Positions 17,344-25,118 of a stretch of 49,443 bases of DNA are shown one piece after another. Location of the stretch: positions 1-49,443 of the forward strand of contig JAKQLJ010000017.1 in the NCBI GenBank assembly GCA_029567195.1. The letters run 5' to 3'. The translations under genes and the position numbers were made by a program. Origin of the DNA: a bacterium. Lineage in GTDB: Bacteria > Patescibacteriota > Minisyncoccia > Moranbacterales > UBA2206. How positions within the stretch are numbered: position 1 is the first letter of the stretch; the number at the start of each line of letters is the position of its first letter. The notes beneath the pieces are model-generated. The model did no database searches and was not told the DNA's origin. It worked only from the letters and a program-made list of their open reading frames with translations.

Positions 17344-17649
17344 GGCCACTGCTTATCCCATAGCAGAATATAAAATGGGCGTAATACTCCGGGGAAGCAC
17401 CGGGGCGCGAGATGCCTGTCTCCCGCGTACAATCAAGTTTTAGCGGACAGGAAAAATGAGAGTGATAAAAACTTCGCACTCTCTAAAAGATTATTTTTCT
17501 AAGTAATTTTTTAGAGGGAAAAAACTTCGCAAATGATTTGCGGGGTTTTTCATTCCAAAACAATTTAAAGGGAGTGAGACATGCCAATTATCGAACGTTA
17601 TGGAGAAAGAACACCGTGGCTGGAATCCAAGCATATAGAGGAGGAAAAA

Positions 17650-17982
17650 ATGAAAAAAGTGTTGTGGTTTTCAAGGCATGAGTTGTCTCCGGAGCAGTTG
17701 GCCGATCTCAAGCGGATTTTTGGGGAGGTTGAAGTAAATCAGATCAACCAAACCATCAATCACGCCTCTGAGATCAAGGCAGACATCGAAGCAGCCGATG
17801 TTATCGCCATTGTCGCCCCGCTGCCTCTCCAGCAGGAATTCTTGCAACTGTCTGGAGTGAAGCCTGTAATATTCTGCAAGAACGCCCGTATTGTCGACCC
17901 GGTGGACAATACTAAGGTAACGTTCCAGCACACCGGGTGGTTCCGGATTAAGGAGATAAAAGTGGTTTTTGAGCCGCTCTAA
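17650..17982 (+). CDS. Hypothetical Rossmann-like protein resembling the Csx16/Csx20 family (alternative start 17581)
   Basis: GAGGAGG RBS; motifs LWFSRHELSPEQ, DVIAIVAPL and FQHTGWFR; family resemblance is from memory only. Confidence 0.6.
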   Translation: MKKVLWFSRHELSPEQLADLKRIFGEVEVNQINQTINHASEIKADIEAADVIAIVAPLPLQQEFLQLSGVKPVIFCKNARIVDPVDNTKVTFQHTGWFRIKEIKVVFEPL

Positions 17983-18127
17983 TCCTGAAACGGACCAAGA
18001 CGGAGAGTGTAAAAACTTCGCTCTCCTATAAAAATATTCTTTGAGAAGAATATTTTTATAGGAGCAGTGGGATATGGCAGTGGTTTCCACGCATACCCGT
18101 GGTGAGAGATCAAAAAAAGAGGCACAC

Positions 18128-18379
18128 ATGCCAGTTTATGAAGGTGGTGATATTCCGATGAATCATTGTGAACAAAACGAAGAACCCAAAAATAAGGAAA
18201 AAGAAATGGAAGAAAAAAAGAGTTCATTGCTGGTAATTAGAGGAATTGTTGTAGTTGCAGAGAGTGGCCGCGGTGCCGAGGAACTTATGCAGTCGGCACT
18301 CGTGCGTTTGGCAAAAATCTTAACAGAAGGAGAAAGGAATGAAAAAGAAAAAAGTTCTCAAGCCCCGCCTCCCGCGTGA
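18128..18379 (+). CDS. Small hypothetical protein (array cassette; start uncertain, 18074-18206)
   Basis: ORF track frame with AAGAGG RBS before ATG 18128. Confidence 0.45.
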   Translation: MPVYEGGDIPMNHCEQNEEPKNKEKEMEEKKSSLLVIRGIVVVAESGRGAEELMQSALVRLAKILTEGERNEKEKSSQAPPPA

Positions 18380-18470
18380 GGCGCAGGAAGTGCTTCGCCA
18401 CCGCGGCGGAGCACATAGCCAGAACGGATACGACCACGCCAAAGAAAGGAGAAAGAATAAGGTGCGGTGA
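18339..18470 (+). CDS. 43-aa basic peptide MKKKKVLKPRLPREAQEVLRHRGGAHSQNGYDHAKERRKNKVR (below the ORF-track cutoff)
   Basis: AAGGAG RBS upstream; translated by hand; stops just before the repeat at 18491. Confidence 0.55.
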   Translation: MKKKKVLKPRLPREAQEVLRHRGGAHSQNGYDHAKERRKNKVR

Positions 18471-18674
18471 AGAAAGTGGAGGGCACAATAAAAACTTCGC
18501 GCTCTCTAAAAGATAATATCAAAATAAAAATGATTAATATTATTTTTTAGAGGGAAAATATTTCATCAATTAACAACGAAAACGTAAAAGGAGAGAAGCA
18601 TGTATACGGTAAAAGACAATGGGTTGCGTCACGGATTGCTTCATAATTCCGGTCAAGGACAACTGATTTAGGAA

Positions 18675-19136
18675 ATGGAAGAAAAGTTCATGAATACTGG
18701 CGAGGAACAAGTTTTCATAACGCACATTGAAGAATCCGAGGGTTTTATGGAACCTAAAGACATTTACGAGGTGACTTGCACCCTTAAAGTACGGGATGAA
18801 GTGAATAGGGTGGGTTATTGGACATATCGGAAAAACAAATTTACTAACAGGAGGCAAGCCATGAGATTCAAAGGTAATCCGTTCCAAAAGACCAGCTACA
18901 ACGATTCAAAAACTCCCCGTAATCTACTCGAAGTTGTTGCTGTTGCCGCTCGTGATCTCAAGCTCGATCTGGTTAATGGTTGCTGTCACAACATCTGGCT
19001 AGAAGCTCGCTCTCGCTCTGCCGAAAGGCGCATCCTCGCTCATGCTGAAACTCTCTCGGAAAAAGATCCTCGCATTCTCGCTACAGTTGAGTCGTTCAAA
19101 ATCGCTCTCCGCTCATATGTTTGTTCCTTCCGTTAA
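18675..19136 (+). CDS. Hypothetical protein (array cassette; internal GGAGG + ATG 18861 suggests a second start)
   Basis: 153 aa ORF between the repeats at 18491 and 19205. Confidence 0.6.
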   Translation: MEEKFMNTGEEQVFITHIEESEGFMEPKDIYEVTCTLKVRDEVNRVGYWTYRKNKFTNRRQAMRFKGNPFQKTSYNDSKTPRNLLEVVAVAARDLKLDLVNGCCHNIWLEARSRSAERRILAHAETLSEKDPRILATVESFKIALRSYVCSFR

Positions 19137-19326
19137 TTCACCTCAAAGGCTTATGCTTGAGCCTAGTAATAGAATCAAGCAACGTGAAAAAATTTCGCAA
19201 TCAAAAAACTTCGTGCTCTCTAAAATAATTTTTATTTAAGAATTATTTTAGAGGGAATTTGAAAAAACAACCGAAGTCTATGTTCAAATTTTTTTTGGGG
19301 CCAATTAGATAAAATATTTTTATAAA

Positions 19327-19359
19327 AAAATCGCCAAAAGTTTCTTATTTGGCGATTTT
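19327..19359. terminator. Terminator hairpin closing the array
   Basis: AAAATCGCCAAA...TTTGGCGATTTT. Confidence 0.65.
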
Positions 19360-19376
19360 GTGTTATAATAAAACAA

Positions 19377-20039
19377 ATGAAAAAAAGTAAAAATAAAAAT
19401 ATGAAAAAAAATAAAAAAGATATAAGTGTCGGCCTTTTTTATCCATGGAAAATTTTTCTGATTTTTTCTATCGCTTTTTTAAACCTGCTTACTTATTTTT
19501 TAGTTCTTCATTTTAAAATCCCGCTTTTTCTTGATACTTGGGCGACGGCCTTAGGAACGCTTCTTGGCGGTCTTCCGGTCGGAATTATCGGAGGTGTCCT
19601 GTATAACGTGGTTTTGTCTTCTGTAACCGGAGGTCCGGTTTCCATTATCTGGGCGCTATCCAGCATTCTTATAGCGATAATGACCTGGGTTTTCTGGGAA
19701 AGGGGATGGATGGATATTAAAAAACCAAAAATGGTTTTAGTTTCAGGGCTTATTACCGGATTTTTTAACGGCATGCTTACTCTTCTCATCAGCTTTGCTT
19801 TTTTTGACGGACTGCCTACTTTTGAGCCAACGGCGGTGATTTGGGAAAAATGTTATAATCTTTTCGGCGGTAATATCGTGGCAGCCGGACTTTTTGAGCA
19901 TATGGGGGTGGAAATTGTCGATAAAACCTTGGTTTTTTTCATTGCCGCGTTTTTGCTTGATCTTCTAACAAGAAACAGAAAAAAAAGAAAAAACAAAAAA
20001 CCTGCCTTGATCAAGAAAAAAGCGCTCCGGAAGAAGTAG
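19377..20039 (+). CDS. Multi-TM membrane protein, ECF transporter S-component-like
   Basis: PLFLDT..T....LLGG...G...G motif, about 6 TM helices, E.VDK near the C-terminus. Confidence 0.65.
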   Translation: MKKSKNKNMKKNKKDISVGLFYPWKIFLIFSIAFLNLLTYFLVLHFKIPLFLDTWATALGTLLGGLPVGIIGGVLYNVVLSSVTGGPVSIIWALSSILIAIMTWVFWERGWMDIKKPKMVLVSGLITGFFNGMLTLLISFAFFDGLPTFEPTAVIWEKCYNLFGGNIVAAGLFEHMGVEIVDKTLVFFIAAFLLDLLTRNRKKRKNKKPALIKKKALRKK

Positions 20040-20208
20040 TTTATTTTTGTAAAATTTTTTTGTGTGCCATAAACGCGTCTTTTTTTGAGCGCGTTTTAAT
20101 TTATTGGCTGTCTTGACAAAATCTTTTTTTCATCTTAAATTAACAGGAAAGCGTTTTGAGGCGTCAAGTTAATTTATCCCGTTATAAACCAAAGGAGGAG
20201 GGTAGCTA

Positions 20209-20850
20209 ATGAAATCGGGATTTTTTATTTTTCTGTCTTTCATCGCGCTTGTTTTTTTGACAGTTCCTTCAAATGTGGTTGCGCAAAGCGCTGTTCAAGG
20301 TCCAAAAGAAGTAGTGGCGGCGGCATCAAGCGAATTTATTTCAGTCATGGAAAAGAACATTTCCCAAAAGGAAAAGAAAGCGGAATTGGGATGGCTAGTC
20401 GACCAATATTTCGACTTGGTGGAAATGGGAAGGAGATCTTTGGGTCCGGTTTTTAAGCGGATAGGGGAAAAAGAACGCTCCCGTTTTCTAGATTTATTCC
20501 CTAAGGCTTTTTCCAAAACCAACGATTTTGTCAAAAAGATATTCGATTTTCAGGATGAAAAAATACGAATAATCAAGGAAGAAACAAAAGACAATGTAGC
20601 GGTGGTTTATACAAATGTCATAGGCAGCCGGATGAAGGATGATGGCGTAAGCGTGAACTACCGGCTTATTCTGAAAGATGGAAAGTGGAAGATTTACGAC
20701 ATTCTCATTGAAGACATCAATTGGAGCTGCATTTTGTCGTATAAGGATGAATTTTCAATAGGAGAGAGAATAAGAGGCGATTCGATCTCCGGCCTGCTGG
20801 CGTATCTGGAAGAAAAAATAAACAAGGAAGAGCAATCTCTTTCGAACTAA
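20209..20850 (+). CDS. MlaC/Ttg2D-family periplasmic phospholipid-binding-like protein
   Basis: Signal peptide; YFDLVEMGRRSLG...ERSRFLDLF; VNYRL...GKWKIYDILIEDI..Y..EF. Confidence 0.75.
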   Translation: MKSGFFIFLSFIALVFLTVPSNVVAQSAVQGPKEVVAAASSEFISVMEKNISQKEKKAELGWLVDQYFDLVEMGRRSLGPVFKRIGEKERSRFLDLFPKAFSKTNDFVKKIFDFQDEKIRIIKEETKDNVAVVYTNVIGSRMKDDGVSVNYRLILKDGKWKIYDILIEDINWSCILSYKDEFSIGERIRGDSISGLLAYLEEKINKEEQSLSN

Positions 20851-20855
20851 ATACG

Positions 20856-20888
20856 GGAACCCCCAAAGGGGTTCCTCTTTTTCTTTTC
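20856..20888 (+). terminator. Intrinsic terminator
   Basis: GGAACCCC-caaa-GGGGTTCC plus T-rich tail. Confidence 0.75.
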
Positions 20889-20936
20889 AAAAAAATAATT
20901 TTGTTGTTATAATAAACCAGGGAAAATAAATTTTAC

Positions 20937-21007
20937 CGGGGCATAGTATACCGGTAGTACGCACCCATGGGGTGGGCGTAGACTGGGTTCGATTCCCAGT
21001 GCCCCGA
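20937..21007 (+). tRNA. tRNA-Pro(GGG)
   Basis: Acceptor CGGGGCA/TGCCCCG, anticodon loop ATGGGGT (one stem mismatch), GGTTCGATT. Confidence 0.85.
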
Positions 21008-21178
21008 CATTCTGAGGCGAGCGATTTTTTTGAATTCCTGCCGGCTGACGGGCAGGCAGACAGAAATTGCCGGTATCCTGACTGGTAAAGACTTTGATAA
21101 AAGCTAAAAAATAGATTTTTTTAGTTACAGATCGAACAATAATTTTAAATATAAAATCAGTTTCAAAAGACAAAAAAC

Positions 21179-21198
21179 GGGAACCCTGATGGGTTCCC
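21179..21198 (-). terminator. Terminator for the 21198-21485 gene
   Basis: GGGAACCC-tgat-GGGTTCCC preceded by an A run. Confidence 0.65.
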
Positions 21199-21485
21199 TA
21201 GTCTTCGGTATAAGGAAGATGTTTTCTCTCGTGAGCTCTTGATTGAGCTATGAGAGATCGGAGAAGTTTCCGAGAAAAAACCGGCTTGGTTTTTTCCACA
21301 ACAAATCCTTCATTTTGCAGCGCTTTTTTTACCGCGCGGCTATAAGGTTTGTAACTGTCATTTTCCAAATTTACCTCTCTGGCGGCGGCGCAGAAAGCTG
21401 TGTAAAATTCGGCTTCTTTATGGGGCCTGCCCGCTTCTCCTAAAATTTCTTTTGTTCTTGCGGTCAATCCTTCTAAGTTGGCCAT
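21198..21485 (-). CDS. Hypothetical protein
   Basis: AAGGAGG RBS on the minus strand, 95 aa, terminator at the stop. Confidence 0.7.
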   Translation of the reverse strand: MANLEGLTARTKEILGEAGRPHKEAEFYTAFCAAAREVNLENDSYKPYSRAVKKALQNEGFVVEKTKPVFSRKLLRSLIAQSRAHERKHLPYTED

Positions 21486-21577
21486 TTTTCCCTCCTTTTA
21501 GGGAAAAAAAGGTTAATAATAAGGAACTGATACTAACTTAATATTATAGCACGATTTATCCTATTTTGCAAGTGCCA

Positions 21578-22345
21578 TCAACTGTCCATTTCTTGTCTGG
21601 CTATCACCACGCTCAATACCGATGAAGCGCCGTGGAATTTTAAAACTTTTCCGCACTCAAACATAGTGGCGCCGGTGGTAGAAATATCATCCACCAGAAG
21701 CACTTTTTTATCTTTCAAAATATTTTTTTCCGTATTTTTCTCATTAAAACGGAACATATTTTTGATATTTTTCTTGCGTTCCTGATAGTTTTTTATTTTC
21801 ATCTGAGGCGAAGTATGTTTTTTTCTTTCCAAAACATCGGAAAAAACGGGAATAGAAAAGCCTGGTGCAAGGTTCTGGCTGATGAAACGGGATAAAAGTT
21901 CCGCCTGATTGAACCCCCGCCAGCGCAATCGCCTTTTATGAAGGGGGACGGGGATGATGGCATCGGGAAGAGGCAGGTTATTTTTGAGGATAGCTGAGAC
22001 AAGAATTTTTCCCAATGTCTGGGAAAGCTCGCTGATGAAATTATATTTATAAGCATAAACCAAGCGGGAAATATTGTTTTCCTTATATTTGGTGGCGCAT
22101 ATCAGGGCGTCAATGGGAATGATAATGCTTTTGGCTAAAAATAATTGGCGGCATTTTTGGCAAAGGCGGCCGCTGTCGGTTATTTCTTTTTCACAATAAG
22201 GGCAGACCTGAAAATCGAGAAGAACTATTTTTTCATTGCATTCCGGACATAACCACTCCGAACCTTTCCTGCAAAAAAGACAGGAAACGGGGAAGAGCGT
22301 GTCCAGAATTAACTTTTTAACAGGTTTTGCAATTAAAAATTCGAT
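21578..22345 (-). CDS. comF: ComF-family competence protein (double zinc ribbon + phosphoribosyltransferase); start codon uncertain
   Basis: Frame open to 22360: LDTLFPVSCLFC..CPEC..CPYC..CQKC, PVPLH..R..WRGFNQA, VLLVDDISTTGAT. Confidence 0.88.
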   Translation of the reverse strand: MEFLIAKPVKKLILDTLFPVSCLFCRKGSEWLCPECNEKIVLLDFQVCPYCEKEITDSGRLCQKCRQLFLAKSIIIPIDALICATKYKENNISRLVYAYKYNFISELSQTLGKILVSAILKNNLPLPDAIIPVPLHKRRLRWRGFNQAELLSRFISQNLAPGFSIPVFSDVLERKKHTSPQMKIKNYQERKKNIKNMFRFNEKNTEKNILKDKKVLLVDDISTTGATMFECGKVLKFHGASSVLSVVIARQEMDS

Positions 22346-22355
22346 AAGATTAAAA

Positions 22356-24926
22356 TTATTTTAGGATAATTTTATTATCTTTTGCGGCAATAACGATTTT
22401 ATTCTTCTTCACTTCGTCTTTCATTATCATTTTGGCTATTTTATCCTCGATCATTTCCTGAATATTTTTTCTGATAAGTCTGGCTCCCTGATTTTTGGCC
22501 GAAGCTTTCTTGGCGATAATTTTAAAAACGCCCTTTCTAATTTCCAAAGTTAAATTCTGTTTTTGAAGCCTGCGTCTAAGATTTTCCGTTTCTGTCCGGG
22601 CTATTTTTTCCATCGCCGAAGGGGAGAGCGGACTGAATACCAAAATATGATCCAGGCGGTTCAAGAGCTCCGGACGGATTTTTTCTTCCAGCTCCTTTAG
22701 GGCCGATTCTTTGGTCAGGGCAATTGTTTTTCCTTTGGAGGATGTTTTTTTATCAGAAAATCCCAAAGGAGACGAAGAAATTTCATTAAATTCCCTGGTG
22801 CCGATATTGGTAGTGAGGATAATAATGGTATTTTTGAAATTTACCTCCAATCCTTGGGCATCAGTCAGTATTCCTTCTTCTAAAATTTGCAAAAGAATAT
22901 TAAAAATATCACTGTGGGCTTTTTCTATCTCATCAAAAAGAACCACGGAATATGGCTGGCGGCGAATTTTTTCCGTCAGTCTTCCGCCTTCGCCATAACC
23001 GACGTATCCGGCCGGCGAACCGATAAGGCCGGAAACGTTATGGCGCTCCATAAATTCGCTCATATCAATCCGAACCAAGTTTTTTTCGTTTTCAAAAAAT
23101 TCTTTGGCCAAAACTTTGGCAGTCAGGGTTTTTCCCACTCCAGTGGGTCCGAGAAAAAGAAATGAACCCAGCGGCCGGTCAGGGCTGGAAATGCCGAATT
23201 GCGATCTGGTAAGAACGCTGGATATTTTTTCCACCGCCTCTTTTTGTCCGATTATTTTTTCATTCAGAACTTTGGAAATCTTCTTTATTTTTTGGTTTTT
23301 TGCCCGGGCTATTTTTTCCATCGGAATGCCGGAAATTTTAGCGACCGTTTCCATAATATCTTCTTTTTGAATGATGACGCTTTTTTCTTTTTCCTGCTTT
23401 TCCTGGTTGTTTTTGAGAAAAGTGATTTTTGCCTCCATTTCTTTTTCCAGATCTTTGAGGCCGATGGCGTTTTCATATTTTTCTTTGGTGATATGCAATT
23501 CTTTTTCTTTCATTATTTCCTGTTTCTGCCTTTCTAATAATCGTATTTTTCTGTTCATATCGGAAATTCCCTGCTTTGACCGCAATTGGGAAGCGGCTTC
23601 ATCGATAATGTCGATGGCCTTGTCAGGTAAAAATCTTTCCTGGATATAGCGGCAGCTGAGATCGACGGCCAGTCCGACAGCCTCGTCAGTTATGGAGATA
23701 TTGTGGAAAACTTCGTAGTCATTTTTAATTCCTAACAGGATTTTTTTAGTTTCTTCTTTCCCCGGCTCTTTGATATGAACCAATTGGAATCTTCGATCCA
23801 AGGCGGCATCTTTTTCTATGTGCTGTTTGTATTCTTTCAAAGTAGTGGCCCCGATAAGCCGCACCTCTCCTCGGGAAAGTGCCGGCTTTATGATGTTGGC
23901 CAGGTCCAGGCTTCCGGCGATGTTTCCCGCTCCGACAATATTATGGATTTCATCGATAAAAAGAATGATGTCCTTATTTTGGGAAACTTCTTTTATTATT
24001 TCCTTTAATCTCATTTCAAATTCTCCCCGGAAGCTCGTTCCGGCAATAAGGGCGGCGACATCCAGATTCATTATTTTTTTGCCGAAAAGGAAAGGAGGAA
24101 CCAGATCATTATTTATAAGTTGGGCGAGTTTGCCCACGATGGCTGTTTTTCCTACTCCCGGCTGGCCGATAAGGAGAGGATTGTTTTTGTTTTTTCTCCC
24201 CAAAATATTTATAATTCTGGCTACTTCCTTGTCTCTGCCTATAATCGATTCATTTTTGGACGATATTTCTTCATTGAGATTCAGGCAAAATTTATTCAAA
24301 TAGGGAGTTTTCTCTAAATCGGGAGAATTGATATTTTTTACTCCGGTGCTTATTTCAGGAAACATCGGCATATCCGGAAATCCAGACAGCATATCTTTGA
24401 GTCCGGAAAGAAGCTCTTTGGGATCAGAAAAAATAATGTCCTCTGAAGGGATTTTTTTAATGGAAGGTTTTTTAAAATTTTGGCGGTTTTTTCTGGTTAT
24501 CTTTGGAACGGAAGAGATGATTTTTTTTATTTTTCCGTCAGGATTGTTTAACAGGGCATAAGTCAGATGTTCCGTTCCTACATAAGAATAATTGAGATTT
24601 TTAGCGATAGAAAAAGCCTTAACCAGCACATTTTTAGTTTCCGGAGAAAGAAAAAATTTTTCTCTTCTGCCGGATTTTTTGCTGTTTTTTTTGTTTGGTG
24701 CCAGTATTTTTTTGAAATTTTCCTTTTTTATGCCCATATCTTTCAAAATGGTGGATCCCAGACTGCCTTTTTCCAAAAAAACAGAATAAAAAACATGAAT
24801 ATTTTCTACTTTTAGGGAATTTTGCTTCTGAGCCACATATTGGGCGCGAAGAAGAGTATTTTTGGCATGAGCCGTCAATTTTTGGCCGGCTTTTTTTTGA
24901 GCTAAGAAATCAAAAGAATTTGTCAT
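22356..24926 (-). CDS. clpC: ATP-dependent Clp protease ATP-binding subunit ClpC
   Basis: Clp N repeats (YVGTEHL), two AAA+ modules (GQPGVGKT; GPTGVGKT), UVR-like coil. Confidence 0.92.
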   Translation of the reverse strand: MTNSFDFLAQKKAGQKLTAHAKNTLLRAQYVAQKQNSLKVENIHVFYSVFLEKGSLGSTILKDMGIKKENFKKILAPNKKNSKKSGRREKFFLSPETKNVLVKAFSIAKNLNYSYVGTEHLTYALLNNPDGKIKKIISSVPKITRKNRQNFKKPSIKKIPSEDIIFSDPKELLSGLKDMLSGFPDMPMFPEISTGVKNINSPDLEKTPYLNKFCLNLNEEISSKNESIIGRDKEVARIINILGRKNKNNPLLIGQPGVGKTAIVGKLAQLINNDLVPPFLFGKKIMNLDVAALIAGTSFRGEFEMRLKEIIKEVSQNKDIILFIDEIHNIVGAGNIAGSLDLANIIKPALSRGEVRLIGATTLKEYKQHIEKDAALDRRFQLVHIKEPGKEETKKILLGIKNDYEVFHNISITDEAVGLAVDLSCRYIQERFLPDKAIDIIDEAASQLRSKQGISDMNRKIRLLERQKQEIMKEKELHITKEKYENAIGLKDLEKEMEAKITFLKNNQEKQEKEKSVIIQKEDIMETVAKISGIPMEKIARAKNQKIKKISKVLNEKIIGQKEAVEKISSVLTRSQFGISSPDRPLGSFLFLGPTGVGKTLTAKVLAKEFFENEKNLVRIDMSEFMERHNVSGLIGSPAGYVGYGEGGRLTEKIRRQPYSVVLFDEIEKAHSDIFNILLQILEEGILTDAQGLEVNFKNTIIILTTNIGTREFNEISSSPLGFSDKKTSSKGKTIALTKESALKELEEKIRPELLNRLDHILVFSPLSPSAMEKIARTETENLRRRLQKQNLTLEIRKGVFKIIAKKASAKNQGARLIRKNIQEMIEDKIAKMIMKDEVKKNKIVIAAKDNKIILK

Positions 24927-25118
24927 AAAAATATAGCTAGTCAGTTTACTTATTACTTAGTCTATTTTTAAAAAGGATCAATGTCAAATAAGGGTAAAAA
25001 AAGTGTTTTTTCGGGTGTGGATAACTTTTTAGGACACGTTGCATAGTTTATAATTCAAAAATGTGTTATAATTATTTTGCGATAATATTTTTTTAAGAAA
25101 AATCAATACAAAGATAAA

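Larger units (their letters stand above)
15787..19257 (+). repeat. Array of AAAACTTCGC + 16-19 bp hairpin repeats separating small cassettes
   Basis: Full copies at 16237, 16641, 17061, 17468, 18012, 18491 and 19205; degenerate copies near 15787 and 15853-15894; consensus stem CTCTCTAAAA...TTTTAGAGGG with compensatory changes. Confidence 0.9.

Noticed and set aside
17141-17443. Overlapping 100-aa ORF in the cassette at 17.1-17.4 kb
   Set aside because: Its GTG start lacks an RBS, whereas 17152-17343 has GGAGGGG directly upstream. Not fully excluded.
15787-19257. CRISPR array or classical integron interpretation of the repeats
   Set aside because: Spacers are 400-700 bp and coding, the repeats vary internally, and there are no cas genes. 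attC core sites and an IntI gene are also absent.
20907-21173. 88-aa minus-strand ORF over tRNA-Pro (likewise 9446-9631 and 43445-43750)
   Set aside because: Spurious frames overlapping tRNA genes; no att scar with the +5 geometry was found downstream of tRNA-Pro.
25016-25024. DnaA box TGTGGATAA (also 47003-47011) as a replication origin
   Set aside because: Isolated single boxes with no cluster and no dnaA/dnaN nearby; more likely promoter-associated.
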